From: an uncultured Candidatus Rokubacteria bacterium
Lineage (GTDB): Bacteria > Methylomirabilota > Methylomirabilia > Rokubacteriales > CSP1-6
NCBI GenBank assembly: GCA_963754315.1
Contig: CAVWFS010000001.1
Coordinates: forward strand, 288,001 to 352,000
Direction of reading: 5' to 3'
DNA: 64,000 nucleotides
In this document: piece after piece, positions 49,723 to 61,153 of the stretch
Numbering within the stretch: the stretch's first letter is position 1
How the letters are laid out: each line of letters begins with the position of its first letter
Notes under the pieces: generated by a model
What the model saw: the letters and a program-made list of their open reading frames with translations, nothing else
Told to the model about the DNA's origin: nothing
Databases searched by the model: none
Program-made: the position numbers and the translations under genes

Positions 49723-51242
49723 CCCTCCTCGCCAGAAGCGCCGCTTGGACGAGTCCGGCCCTGTTCGTGGTCCTTGCGGCGGCCGTTTTTGCGGGCGAAG
49801 CAAGCGCGCCGCTGGTGGCCTTGCTCGTCGTCCTCGCGCCGCTGCTCGCGCTCGTGGCGGGAGGTCGAGGCCGCCGCGAGTCACCTCCGTCCGTCGTGAC
49901 CGCCGTCGCGGGCCTGGCGACGGTTGGAACGGTGCTCTCGGCCAACGTCATGATCATGATGGGCGTGGCCCGCCTGTGGGGCGTACCCCTCCGTCAATCA
50001 CTCGCGTTGCTAGGGGTGTCGACGTGCGCGGTACTGGTCTGGCGTCGCGCCGCTGCCCTCTGGTCGGGTGTCCTCATTCTGGGAATCGCTGGTCTCACCG
50101 GTATCGTGATGTCGATGGGCGTGGTCATCCCGGCTGCCCCATGGACGGCGTGGACGGACCTTGCGTCCCGACCGGCGCTCACCTTCGCCCCGGGAGCCGC
50201 CTGGGTCACCGACGGAGGAACATTGCCTCGTCCAACGACTCTCGTCTTCAACGAGGTACATCAGGTGACGGCTCTGAGCACGGGTGTCTTCGGGGTGGAG
50301 GAGGGGGAGCGGAAGGATGGCCGTATCCGGGAGCGCCGCCTGGACCCTGGCGAGTCGCTCGCGCTGCGAGCGGGCGATCGGCTGACGATTCCCGCCGATA
50401 CTCGCGTGCGCTTCGAGGCGGGCAAGCGCATTCCCGGAGCGCCGCCATCGGGTGCCGCGTGGGCAGAGCCCATGCGTCAGGCATCGTGGCCCACCTTCGT
50501 CGAAGCGCTCGGCCTCACCGTGACCCTCGTCGGTGGGGCCGTCACGGTGTTAGGGGGGCACGCCCGCACCACGCGGTTGACCGCCGCCTTCGCCGTACCA
50601 CTACTGCTGATCGCCTTTGCCCTCTCAGCCTCATCGTGGGGGGTCTATGCCGTGTGGTTCGCGATGGATCGCGGGCTCGGCGCGCCGAAGCTGGGCCCGC
50701 TCCTGGAGGCCGTCAATCTGTCGCTCGGCAACCATCAGCTCTCGCATCTTCTGCTGATCGGTATCCTCGGTCTGGTCGCGCTCTTCATCGCCGCCGCTGC
50801 CGGGCTCGCCAACCGTGTGGAGATTCTCACCGAACCATGGAGAGGGGACGAGGAACGGCCGGCAGGGCGGCTCTTTCCGGATGTGCTATGGGTTGGGATG
50901 GTGGCGGTAGGAGTGATGCTGAGCCTGGGGGAACTGGAACCAGGCGCCCTGCTGGCGTTCGGATGGGGGTTGGGCGCCTCGGCGTGGGCTGCCCCCAGGC
51001 TGGGAGGGGCCCGGGCTGGAACCGGGGCCGGCTCCGTGACAGGGGTGATCGTCTTCGTGGCGCTTTCCATCGCGCGCACGCTGGCGGTGCCGGGTTTGGC
51101 TCCCCTTGATTCGTATCCAGCTCTGGTGGCGGCGCCGACGGCCGTGGTGGCGGCCGTGCTCGGGCGGCGCCGGCCCGCATCGCAGGGTGCCGGTGGACGC
51201 CGGCAACCATGGCCCTCGGTTGCCGGGAGCAGGCGACCTTGA
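49719..51242 (+). CDS. Multi-pass membrane protein, divergent symporter-like, with a beta-rich insertion; probable CTG start
   Basis: Roughly a dozen hydrophobic segments; AGGAGG 5 nt before CTG 49719. Confidence 0.6.
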   Translation: MTLLARSAAWTSPALFVVLAAAVFAGEASAPLVALLVVLAPLLALVAGGRGRRESPPSVVTAVAGLATVGTVLSANVMIMMGVARLWGVPLRQSLALLGVSTCAVLVWRRAAALWSGVLILGIAGLTGIVMSMGVVIPAAPWTAWTDLASRPALTFAPGAAWVTDGGTLPRPTTLVFNEVHQVTALSTGVFGVEEGERKDGRIRERRLDPGESLALRAGDRLTIPADTRVRFEAGKRIPGAPPSGAAWAEPMRQASWPTFVEALGLTVTLVGGAVTVLGGHARTTRLTAAFAVPLLLIAFALSASSWGVYAVWFAMDRGLGAPKLGPLLEAVNLSLGNHQLSHLLLIGILGLVALFIAAAAGLANRVEILTEPWRGDEERPAGRLFPDVLWVGMVAVGVMLSLGELEPGALLAFGWGLGASAWAAPRLGGARAGTGAGSVTGVIVFVALSIARTLAVPGLAPLDSYPALVAAPTAVVAAVLGRRRPASQGAGGRRQPWPSVAGSRRP

Positions 51243-51259
51243 CAGAATAGGCCTTCGGC

Positions 51260-54076
51260 ATGGCAAGCGACCGGATCATCGTCCGCGGCGCCCGCGAGCA
51301 CAACCTCAAGAACATCGATCTGGAAATCCCCCGCGATCAACTCGTCGTCATCACCGGGTTGTCGGGGTCCGGAAAGTCGTCGCTGGCCTTCGACACCATC
51401 TATGCGGAGGGCCAGCGTCGCTACGTGGAATCGCTGTCGGCCTATGCGCGGCAGTTTCTCGAGCAGATGGAGAAGCCGGAGGTCGATTCCATCGAGGGTC
51501 TGTCGCCGGCCATCTCCATCGAACAGAAGACCACCTCGAAGAATCCGCGCTCCACGGTGGGCACCGTCACCGAGATCTACGACTACCTGCGGGTGCTCTT
51601 CACGCGCATTGGGGTCCCGCACTGTCCCACCTGCGGGCGGATGATTTCGGCGCAGACCGTCCAGCAGATGGTCGACCGCGTGCTGGCCCAGCCGTCGGGG
51701 ACACGGCTCCTCGTGCTCGCTCCCGTCGTACGAGGTCGCAAGGGTGAGTACAAGAAGCTGTTCTTCGACCTGGCCCGGCAGGGCTTCACGCGCGTGCGTG
51801 TCAACGGTACTGGGCACGAGCTGCCAGCCGAGATCGAGCTGGACCGGAATCGCAAGCACACCATCGAGGTGGTGGTCGATCGGCTCGTCGTTCGTGACAC
51901 TCTGGGAGCGCGTCTGGCCGATTCGCTGGAGACGGCTCTGCGCCTGGCCGAGGGCGTGGCCCTGGTGGAGCCGGTGGGCGAGGGCGCCCCCATGCTCTTC
52001 TCCGAGCGACTCGCCTGCGCGAGCTGCGGCATCTCGTTCCCCGAGGTTGCCCCGCGCATGTTTTCCTTCAACAGCCCCTACGGCGCCTGCCCGGAGTGCA
52101 GCGGCATCGGCACACGCTTCGAGATCGACCCAGACCTTCTCGTCCCCAATCCCGACCGTTCCCTCAAGGCGGGTGCCTTGGCCGCCTGGCACGGGCGAGA
52201 GACCCCCTACTTCCGGCGGACGCTCGAGGTGTTGGCCAAGCGCCATGGGTTCTCGCTGGACACGCCGTGGGCGAAGCTGAAGAAGTCGGTGCGGGACGTG
52301 GTCCTGCGGGGAGAGCGGACGGGCGGATTCGAAGGCGTGGTGGCGGTGCTGGAGCGGCGCTACCGCGACAGCCAGTCGGAGGAAACGCGGCGCGAGATCG
52401 AGCACTTCATGGCTGAACGAGCGTGCCCGGCCTGCAAGGGCTCGCGGCTGCGTCCGGAATCGTTGGGATTGAAGATCGCGGGGCGCTCGATTGCCGAGGT
52501 AGTCCGCCTGAGTATCCGCGAGGCCAGCCGCTTCTTCGATGAACTGGTGCTGTCGGAACGGGATGCCACCATCGGGCGCCGCGTTCTCAAGGAGATCCGC
52601 GAGCGCCTGGGGTTTCTGGTCAACGTCGGGCTCGACTACCTTACGCTCGATCGGCCAGCGGGCAGCCTCTCAGGCGGCGAGGGGCAGCGGATCCGTCTGG
52701 CCACCCAGATCGGCTCCAGCCTGGTCGGCGTCCTCTACATCCTCGACGAACCTTCCATCGGGCTCCATCAGCGGGACAATCGCCGCCTTCTGGACACGCT
52801 CCGTCGCCTGCGCGATCTCGGCAACACCGTGCTGGTCGTCGAGCACGACGAGGAGACGATTCGTGCCGCCGACTTCGTGGTTGACCTTGGTCCGGGGGCT
52901 GGCGAGCTGGGCGGGCATGTGGTAGCAACCGGGACACCAGACGAGATCGCCGCCAACCCGGCCTCCCTGACGGGTCGCTATCTCTCGGGTACTCTCATGA
53001 TCCCCCGCCCCGCGGGCCGCCGGCCCGGGAGCGGCCAGTTCATCACCATCCACAATCCTCGCGAGCACAACCTTACGGGGATGAACGTTCGGATCCCGCT
53101 CGGAACGTTCACCTGTGTCACCGGTGTTTCTGGCTCGGGCAAGTCCACTCTTGTCAACGACATCCTCTACCGGGCCCTCGCGCAGATGCTGCACCGGGCC
53201 CAGGAGCGTCCGGGCGCCCACGATCGAGTGGAAGGCGCCCAGCACCTCGACAAGGTGGTGGACATCGACCAGTCGCCTATCGGCCGCACGCCTCGCTCCA
53301 ATCCGGCGACCTATACCGGGGTCTTCACCTTCATCCGGACCTTGTTTGCCCGCACACCAGACGCGCGGATGCGCGGCTACCAACCTGGGCGCTTCTCCTT
53401 CAACGTCAAGGGAGGACGCTGCGAGGCCTGTCAGGGCGATGGTCTGGTCAAGATCGAGATGCACTTCCTGCCCGACGTCTACGTGACGTGCGAGGTGTGC
53501 AAAGGCCGGCGGTACAACCGCGAGACCCTCGAGATCCGCTACAAGGCGATGAGCATCGCCGACGTGCTGGACATGACGGTGCGGGAAGCGCTCGGGTTCT
53601 TCGAGGCGGTTCCCGTCATCCGTGACAAGCTCAGAACCCTCGACGAGGTCGGGCTCGACTACATCCGCCTCGGACAGTCGGCCACGACCCTGTCCGGAGG
53701 CGAGGCGCAACGAGTGAAGCTCGCCACCGAGCTGTCACGCCGAGCGACCGGACGGACATTCTACATCCTCGACGAGCCCACCACAGGGCTTCACTTCGCG
53801 GATATCCAGAAACTGCTCGAGGTCCTGAACCGGCTCGTCGATCAGGGCAACACTGTCCTGATCATCGAGCACAACCTGGATGTCATCAAGACGGGGGACT
53901 GGGTGATCGATCTCGGCCCCGAGGGGGGCGACGCGGGCGGCCGGGTGATGGCGGTGGGGACGCCCGAGGACATCGCGGCTCAGGCGGAGACCTCGTACAC
54001 CGGTCAGTTTCTGCGCGGCGTGGTGGGGCCGGACAACGGCACCACTGCGGGCACTGCGCGTCGGCGCCGGTCCTGA
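51260..54076 (+). CDS. uvrA: Excinuclease ABC subunit A
   Basis: [23 protein letters not shown], zinc-finger Cys pairs, two ABC signature motifs. Confidence 0.98.
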   Translation: MASDRIIVRGAREHNLKNIDLEIPRDQLVVITGLSGSGKSSLAFDTIYAEGQRRYVESLSAYARQFLEQMEKPEVDSIEGLSPAISIEQKTTSKNPRSTVGTVTEIYDYLRVLFTRIGVPHCPTCGRMISAQTVQQMVDRVLAQPSGTRLLVLAPVVRGRKGEYKKLFFDLARQGFTRVRVNGTGHELPAEIELDRNRKHTIEVVVDRLVVRDTLGARLADSLETALRLAEGVALVEPVGEGAPMLFSERLACASCGISFPEVAPRMFSFNSPYGACPECSGIGTRFEIDPDLLVPNPDRSLKAGALAAWHGRETPYFRRTLEVLAKRHGFSLDTPWAKLKKSVRDVVLRGERTGGFEGVVAVLERRYRDSQSEETRREIEHFMAERACPACKGSRLRPESLGLKIAGRSIAEVVRLSIREASRFFDELVLSERDATIGRRVLKEIRERLGFLVNVGLDYLTLDRPAGSLSGGEGQRIRLATQIGSSLVGVLYILDEPSIGLHQRDNRRLLDTLRRLRDLGNTVLVVEHDEETIRAADFVVDLGPGAGELGGHVVATGTPDEIAANPASLTGRYLSGTLMIPRPAGRRPGSGQFITIHNPREHNLTGMNVRIPLGTFTCVTGVSGSGKSTLVNDILYRALAQMLHRAQERPGAHDRVEGAQHLDKVVDIDQSPIGRTPRSNPATYTGVFTFIRTLFARTPDARMRGYQPGRFSFNVKGGRCEACQGDGLVKIEMHFLPDVYVTCEVCKGRRYNRETLEIRYKAMSIADVLDMTVREALGFFEAVPVIRDKLRTLDEVGLDYIRLGQSATTLSGGEAQRVKLATELSRRATGRTFYILDEPTTGLHFADIQKLLEVLNRLVDQGNTVLIIEHNLDVIKTGDWVIDLGPEGGDAGGRVMAVGTPEDIAAQAETSYTGQFLRGVVGPDNGTTAGTARRRRS

Positions 54077-54085
54077 CGAGCGGGC

Positions 54086-55519
54086 ATGCGCCGAACACGG
54101 ACCAAGATCGTCTGCACCATCGGCCCCGCCAGCTCGAGCGTCGAGCAACTCGATCGGCTGGCCGCGGCCGGGATGGATGTGGCCCGGCTGAACTTCTCTC
54201 ACGGGACCCATATCGAGCACGCTGAGGTCATCCGTCGACTCCGCGACGGGGAAAGGCGATGGGGCCGTCCGATCACCGTCCTGCAGGACCTCCAGGGACC
54301 GAAGATTCGCCTGGGAACGTTCGGCGCCCGCGGTGGCCGCCGGATCGATCTCGAGCCGGGAGCGACCTTCACGCTCACTGCTGAGCCAGCGGTGGGCACC
54401 AGCGAGCGCGCCTCCATCGTCCCTCCGGAGTGCCTGCAGGAGGTCCGGCCCGGTGATCAGATCCTCATGGACGACGGGCTTATCCAGCTCGTCGTGGAGG
54501 AGGTGAACGGGCCCGAGGTCCGTTGCCGTGTTCTGGTGGGCGGGCGCATCAGCGATCACAAAGGCGTGGCGATCCCGCACGTTCCGATGCCGCTCACGTG
54601 CCTCACCGAGAAGGATCGCACCGACCTGCGCTTCGGGATCGCCCACGGCATCGACTTCGTGGCCGTGTCATTCGTGCGCTCGCTTGCGGACATCGTCGAG
54701 GTGCGCGACTTTCTGACCGCGCTGGCCGCGGACGTCCCCATCGTCGCCAAGCTCGAACGCCGGGAAGTGATGGCCAATCTGCCGACCATCCTGCCCAAGG
54801 TCGACGCGGTGATGGTGGCCCGCGGTGACCTCGGGGTCGACGTCCCTTTGGAGGAGGTCCCTCACATCCAGAAGGAGATTATTCGCCAGGCGCGGGCGGC
54901 GCGCGTGCCGGTCATCGTGGCCACCCAGATGCTCGAATCGATGACCACCCATGCCCGGCCCACTCGGGCCGAAGTCTCGGATGTGACGGCCGCCATCTTC
55001 GACGGCGCGGACGCCCTTATGCTCTCGGCGGAGACGGCGAGCGGCATGTTCCCGGCTCAGGCCGTGGAGTACATGGCCCGCATCGCCGAGCGCGCGGAAG
55101 GCGCCGTCAAGTGGCGCGACTCGCCGCGCCTCCCGTCGGAGCCCCCGGGCTTTCCGGAGGCCATCTCCGAGGCCGCCGCCACAGCCGCCCACATGCTGCG
55201 GGCCAGCGCCATCGCGGCCTTCACGGAGTCGGGGTTTTCGGCGCGCCTGATCTCGCAGGAGCGGCCTGATGTGCCGATCATCGCGCTCACGCCGTTCGAG
55301 ATGGTCCAGCGGCGACTGGGGCTGAGCTGGGGTGTCTCCGCGCGGCTGGTCGGGAAGGTCCAGAGCACCGACGAGATGATCGAGGAAGTCGAGTCGGCAT
55401 TGCTCGCCGACGGCACCGTACGCGAAGGGGATGTGGTGGTCATCATCTCCGGATCTCCCATGGGGGTCCGCGGTACGACCAACCTCCTCAGGCTGCACCG
55501 GATAGGTGAGCGGCGGTGA
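54086..55519 (+). CDS. pyk: Pyruvate kinase
   Basis: RTKIVCTIGPAS, ARLNFSHG, DLQGPKIR, MVARGDLG, ATQMLESM, PTRAE. Confidence 0.97.
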   Translation: MRRTRTKIVCTIGPASSSVEQLDRLAAAGMDVARLNFSHGTHIEHAEVIRRLRDGERRWGRPITVLQDLQGPKIRLGTFGARGGRRIDLEPGATFTLTAEPAVGTSERASIVPPECLQEVRPGDQILMDDGLIQLVVEEVNGPEVRCRVLVGGRISDHKGVAIPHVPMPLTCLTEKDRTDLRFGIAHGIDFVAVSFVRSLADIVEVRDFLTALAADVPIVAKLERREVMANLPTILPKVDAVMVARGDLGVDVPLEEVPHIQKEIIRQARAARVPVIVATQMLESMTTHARPTRAEVSDVTAAIFDGADALMLSAETASGMFPAQAVEYMARIAERAEGAVKWRDSPRLPSEPPGFPEAISEAAATAAHMLRASAIAAFTESGFSARLISQERPDVPIIALTPFEMVQRRLGLSWGVSARLVGKVQSTDEMIEEVESALLADGTVREGDVVVIISGSPMGVRGTTNLLRLHRIGERR

Positions 55520-58500
55520 CGAGCGCCGCGGATGAGCGCCTGCTTCGGCCCGAGGGCGGCGAGGCCACGTCGGCCGAACGCGTCCAGGCCTTGGCCGACG
55601 TCGCCCGGCTCCTCTCGGAAACGCTCGATCCGGAGGTGGTCGGCCGGCGAGCCGCGGACAGCGTCTGCAAGCTTCTCAACGCGACCTCCGCCGTCCTGTA
55701 TCGCCTGGACCCGGAATCCGAACGTCTGTACGAGGTGGCGCGCGGGGATCATGGACTGACCTTCGACTGGACATCGGTTCTCGAGCGGGGAGTGGGCATC
55801 GCGGGGCTCGCGGTCGACCAACGCGCCCCGGTGGCCTCACCCGACATTCTCGCCGACCCCCGGCTCGATTACCCGTCCGCGATGCGCGATCGGGTGAGCG
55901 CGCTTCCCCAACGCTCGCTGATCGGGGTGCCATTGCAGGTCCAGGGTCGTATCCTGGGGGCGCTCGCGGTGGCGGCGCCCACCGGGCGCGTGTACACGGA
56001 GGAGGAGATCCGCCTCGCCCAGAGCTTCGCCGATCAGGCGGCGGTCGCGCTGGAAAACGCGCGCCTCTATGACGACGCGGCTCGCGGCCGGCGCGAGGCG
56101 GAGCGGGTGGCTGACCTGGCCCGGACGATTAACGCCTCACGTGATCTCGGGACCATCTTGCCACGCTGCGTGGGTGCGGCGCGGGATCTGTGCGGAGCTG
56201 ACGTGGCGCTGATCGGTCTGCGCGAACCCGGCGCCGAGGAGGCGGTCCTCGACTATGCCGTCGGCGTCTTGCACGCTCACGGCCGCCCGCGGATCAAGCC
56301 GGGCGAGAGCCTGGGCGGGCTCGTGCATGGCGACCGGGTGCCCCGTGCGAGTCGAGGATTTTGCCACCGACGCTCGAATGAGCCAGGAGTATCGCGAGAT
56401 GACCCGTCAGGAAGAACTCCGGACCGGTCTGCTCGTCCCCATCCCCGGTGAGGAGCGGGTGGAGGGGTTTCTCTTCGTGGCGCGGCGGCTGTCTCGCCCG
56501 TTCACGGAGCGCGACGAGGCCACCTTGGCCCGCGTCGCCGACCATGCGGCCCTGGCCATCCGCAATGCGCGCCTCTACACGGAGACGGCGCGTCTCCTCG
56601 ACGAGAGCCGAGCCCTGCTGGAGGTCGCGCGCATCCTCAACTCCACCCTTGACTCCAAGCAAATGCTCCGCGAGGTGGCCATCACCATCGCCCAGGTCTG
56701 CCGGGTCGATCGCTGCTCCGTCTCGCGCTGGGACGGAGAGGCTGTGCTGCCACTCATGTCTCAGTTCGCCGACGGGCGCAAGCGCCCCGATCTCTGGCAG
56801 GCCTTCGTCAGGCTCTCGCCCACGCGGTTGGTCGATGTCCCCGCGTACGCGCGCGCCGTCGAGGGGCATTGCACGGTGATCATCGACGACACGAGCCGCT
56901 CCGACGATATTCCGCGTCACTGGGTGGACGTCTTCGACTCGCGATCGCACCTGGTGACGCCCCTGATCCGTCAGGGCCAGGTGATCGGTCTGCTGAGCCT
57001 GGATGTCATGGGCCAGCCGCGCCCCTTCCAGCGCTTCCAGATCAAGCTGGCCGAGGCTATCGCCGGCCAGCTGGCCTTGGCCGTGGCCAACAGCCGTCTC
57101 TTCGAGGAAGCACGGGAGCGGTTGCGGGAAACCGAGGTGCTCCTGAGCGTGAGCGCGATTCTCTCTGCGAGTGAAGCGTCCCACGAGATCATGCGACGCG
57201 TGGCGCGGGAAGTGGGGCGCGCGCTCGGCGCCGATACGGTGGGCGTGTACGAGCTCGACCCCCGCGAGGGATCGTTGACACCCATCGCGGGCTATCACGT
57301 GCCGTCAGCGATCCTGGAAGCGTTCGCCTCGCGACGGTTCGTCCTCGAGCACGACTCCGCCTTCTACGAGGCCTGGCAGGCCGGCCGCGCGGCGTGGTCG
57401 TCGAACGTCCGGACCGATCCACACTTTTGCGGCGTGCAAGGTCTTCCCGAGAGTGCGATGTTGTTCGCCCCCACCATGATTCGCGGCAGGGCCACGGGAG
57501 CGATCTTCGCGGCATGGTGGCAGCCCGGACGAGAGTTCCAGCCGTCCGAAGTGCGGCTCATGGAGGGGGTGGCGGCCCAGGTCGGTCTGGCCATGGACAA
57601 TGTGGAGCTGGTGCGCGCCACCCAGATGAAGCTGGAAGAGACCAAGACGCTCTTGTCAGTGAGCCGGGCGGTCTCCTCCACCCTCCAGCTTGGCGCGCTG
57701 CTCCGTCATTTCTTGCGCCAGGTGGCGCGGACGGTGGGCGCCGACACCGTGGGCGCGTGGCTGCTCACCCAGGACGGCCAGTGGCTGGAGCCCGTGGCGG
57801 GCTATCGAGTACCGCCGGCCTATCGGGAGGCCTACCGTCGCCTTCGCTTGCCGGTATCCAGCAATGAGCTGTATGCCGAGGCGGTGCGCACGAAGCGTCC
57901 TGTCGTCGAGCGTGACCTGGGTGAGCGGCGTACGGTCGACCCGCTCATGGCGCCCTTCTCCTACCGGAGCTATCTCTTCGTCCCCATCGTGGCCAAGGAG
58001 CGGGTGGTCGGGGGCTTTGCCGCCGTGTGGTGGAGCCAGGCCCGGGATTTCAGCGAGAGCGAGCTGGCCCTCATCGAGGCCATCGCCAGCCAGGCGGGTA
58101 TCGCTATCGAGAATGCGCGGCTCTTCGAGGAGAATCGACGGCAGGTCGAGGAGCTCACCGTGTTGCACGCGCTGTCGCGCGCCTTGACCGGACAGCTCGA
58201 TCGCGCCGCGGTGCTCGACGTGATCCTCTCGCAGGTGCCCCGGGTCTTCGCCGTGCCCAGCATCGTGGTGCTTTTCCCGTCGGACAGTGGTGAGGTCGAG
58301 GTCGTGGCACGGCGGCGTGACGGGGCGAATCTCGGTGCGCTTCCCGAACCGTGTCCGGAGGGACCGGCGGGGGGGCTGAAGCGGCTCGTCTTCGATGAGG
58401 GACGCGCCATCCGCACCGACGACTATGTCGGGGAGTGTGCGCGCCGGGGCGTGCAGCCGGTGGAGGATGTCGTGCGCTTCCCGCACTGGATGGGGGTGCC

Positions 58501-59837
58501 CTTGCGCGCCGGCGACACGATCCTCGGCGTGATCGGCATCGGGAGCGCCGATCGGTCCTTTACGCGAGGCCGACGAGCGCCTCCTCACCAACATCACCGA
58601 TCTCGCCGCCCTCGCCCTGCGCAGCGTGCGGCTCTTCACGGAGCGCACGCGCGCCTACGGCGAGCTGGCGGCCGCGCAAGACCAGCTTGTCCGCACGGAA
58701 AAGCTGCGCGCGCTCGGCGAGATGGCCTCCGGCGTCGCCCACGATTTCAACAACCTGTTGGCGGCCATCCTCGGCCGAGCCCAGCTGATGCAGCGCGAAG
58801 TCACCGACCCCCGGCATCGTCGATGGCTCGAGGTCATCGAGCGATCCGCGATCGACGGGGGGCACACGGTCCGACGCCTCCAGGAATTCACGCGCATCCG
58901 CCGAGACCAGCCGTTGGTGGCGGTCGACGTGAATCGGATCGCCCGCGAAGCACTCGAGATGACCCAGTCGCGCTGGCGGGACGACATGCGTGGGCGCGGC
59001 GTGATCATCGAGATTCGCACCGCGCTCGGCCTGGTGCCGGAGATCGCCGGCGACCCGGTGGAGCTGCGGGAGGTCTTGACCAATCTCATCCTGAACGCGG
59101 TGGACGCCATGCCGAAGGGCGGTCTCCTGAGCGTGACATCGGCGACGGTCGGCAAGGAAGTGCACCTCACCGTGACCGACTCCGGAGTCGGGATGTCAGC
59201 CGCCGTTCGACGGCGGATTTTCGATCCGTTCTTCACGACCAAGGGGCCGCAAGGAACCGGGCTCGGTCTCGCCATGACGTACGGCATCATCGCGCGGCAC
59301 GGCGGGCGCATCGAGGTGGAGAGCGAAGAGGGACATGGGTCGACGTTCCGGCTCATCTTTCCGGGAACGCGCGCCCTCGCCATCCCGCCCGAGCCGCAGG
59401 GGGAACCGCTGGTGGCTCCGGCCGCGCTCGCCTGTCTCGTCGTGGACGACGAGGTGTCGGTGGGGACCCTGCTCGGCGACGTGTTCGAGTCGGGCGGTCA
59501 CCGGGCGGTTGTCTGCCTGGACGGGGCCGACGCCATTGCGCGCTTCCGGGCCGAACGCTTCGACGTGGTCTTCACCGATCTGGCCATGCCCGGCGTGTCG
59601 GGTTGGCAGGTGGCGCGCGCCGTGAAGGCCATCGCGCCGGATGTTCCCGTGTTCATCGTGACCGGCTTCGGTGTCGAGCTATCACCCGAGGAGTGCCGGG
59701 CCAACGGTGTCGACGCCGTGCTCACCAAGCCGCTGAGCATCCAGGAGCTGCTAGACACGGTAGCCCGCGTGGCCCGCGCGGTGGCCGCCCGTCACCCATC
59801 GAGCGAACGGAGGATGCCGTGGCCTACCAGCACCTGA
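55516..59837 (+). CDS. Hybrid sensor histidine kinase, six GAF + HisKA + HATPase + receiver (apparent +1 frameshifts near 56325 and 58564)
   Basis: Six GAF-end motifs (ENARLY, RNARLY, ANSRLF, DNVELV, ENARLF, RSVRLF); AHDFNN, NAVDAM, FFTTK, GTGLGL; VVDD, TDLAMP, KP. Confidence 0.88.
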
Positions 59838-60607
59838 TCCTTGAGCGGGCAGACGGAGTCGCCACCATCACCCTGAACCGGCCGGACGCGTTCAACGCGC
59901 TGGACCTCGCGCTGGGGCGCGATCTCTTCCATGCCTCCCTGGAGGTCGATGAGGATCCCGCGGTTCGTTGCGTGGTCATCACGGGGGCGGGCAAGGCCTT
60001 CTGCGCGGGCGGCGACGTGAAGGGGTTCGCCGATAACCTGCCGCGCATCGGCGTGCTGATCAAGGAACTGACGACATACCTGCACGGTGCGGTATCGCGG
60101 CTGTGTCGGAGTGACAAACCCGTGATCATGGCCGTGAACGGCGTGGCCGCCGGGGGTGGGCTCAGCTTTGCGCTGAGCGGAGACATCGTGGTCGCCGCCG
60201 AGTCGGCCCGCTTCACCCTGGCGTACTCCAAGATCGCGGCCACGCCCGACGGCTCCTCCTCCTACTTCCTGCCGCGGCTGATCGGGCTGCGCCGGGCCAT
60301 GGAGCTCTACTTCACCAATCGCGTTTTGTCCGCGCGCGAGGCCCTGGAGTGGGGACTGGTCACCCGAACGGTTCCCGACGGCGAGTTCAAAGCCTCGGTC
60401 GACGCCTTGGCGCGGGAGCTGGCTCAGGGGCCCACGAAGGCGTTCGGGGCGGCCAAGCGGCTCTTCCATCAGTCGACCTGGGAGAGTCTCGAAACTCAGA
60501 TGGAGCTCGAGGCCCAGGCTATCGCCGCCAGCGGCCACACGCAGGATTTTGCCGCCGGAGTGACCGCCTTCGCCAACAAGCGGACTCCGGTCTTCGAAGG
60601 ACGCTGA
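59819..60607 (+). CDS. Enoyl-CoA hydratase/isomerase (PaaG-like)
   Basis: GGAGG SD before GTG; ITLNRPD, AFCAGGD, AAGGG, PDGSSSYFLPRLIG. Confidence 0.9.
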   Translation: MAYQHLILERADGVATITLNRPDAFNALDLALGRDLFHASLEVDEDPAVRCVVITGAGKAFCAGGDVKGFADNLPRIGVLIKELTTYLHGAVSRLCRSDKPVIMAVNGVAAGGGLSFALSGDIVVAAESARFTLAYSKIAATPDGSSSYFLPRLIGLRRAMELYFTNRVLSAREALEWGLVTRTVPDGEFKASVDALARELAQGPTKAFGAAKRLFHQSTWESLETQMELEAQAIAASGHTQDFAAGVTAFANKRTPVFEGR

Positions 60608-61074
60608 TGTCGATGGCGGCTCCGGCCGCGCTGACCTCCCGTCTCGATACCATCCTCTTGGCCGCCGAGGATCTCCTGCGCTCGGTCCCCGACGACCGCA
60701 TCGACGAAACCTCGACCGAGCCTGGACCGAGGCTTGGCGAGCTCGGCTTTCGCATCTTTCGCCTAGGCCTTGCCTTCATCGACGCCGTGGACGCCGGACA
60801 GTTGCACGAGGCATCGCTCCGGGAGCGCTTGCCAGACGGTATGGGCGAGACTCGGACAGTGGCGAACTACGGCGCGCTGGTCCGTGCCCGCGTGACGGGC
60901 TGGGTCGAGGGGGCGGAGGCGGCTGCGTTTGCGCGGACCATCGACACTCCGGACGGACCTCAGTCAGCGCACGAACTGCTTCAGCGCATTACCGAGCAGG
61001 CTGTCCAGCATCTGCACGATCTGCGCGCGCTCGCCGAGCGCGACCAGCGAGCGGGAGGCCTGGCCGGGCCGTAG
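60607..61074 (+). CDS. Degenerate DinB-like helical protein
   Basis: TGATG overlap; RLGELGFRIF and HELLQRITEQAVQHLHDL resemble DinB helices with lost His residues. Confidence 0.55.
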   Translation: MSMAAPAALTSRLDTILLAAEDLLRSVPDDRIDETSTEPGPRLGELGFRIFRLGLAFIDAVDAGQLHEASLRERLPDGMGETRTVANYGALVRARVTGWVEGAEAAAFARTIDTPDGPQSAHELLQRITEQAVQHLHDLRALAERDQRAGGLAGP

Positions 61075-61153
61075 GGCGGCGAGTTCGACGTAATGCCCGC
61101 GCGGTCGCCGGGTGGCGGGCTGAGCGTTACGCTGGCGTCCGCCCGGCAATTCG

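Noticed and set aside
51200..51259. LexA box upstream of uvrA
   Set aside because: No CTGT-N8-ACAG, GAAC-N4-GTTC or GTTC-N7-GTTC match seen, and the intergenic gap is only 17 bp
56255..60607. 1450-aa GAF-crotonase fusion
   Set aside because: The middle part is an out-of-frame reading of the kinase/receiver region, and the crotonase has its own SD and GTG at 59819
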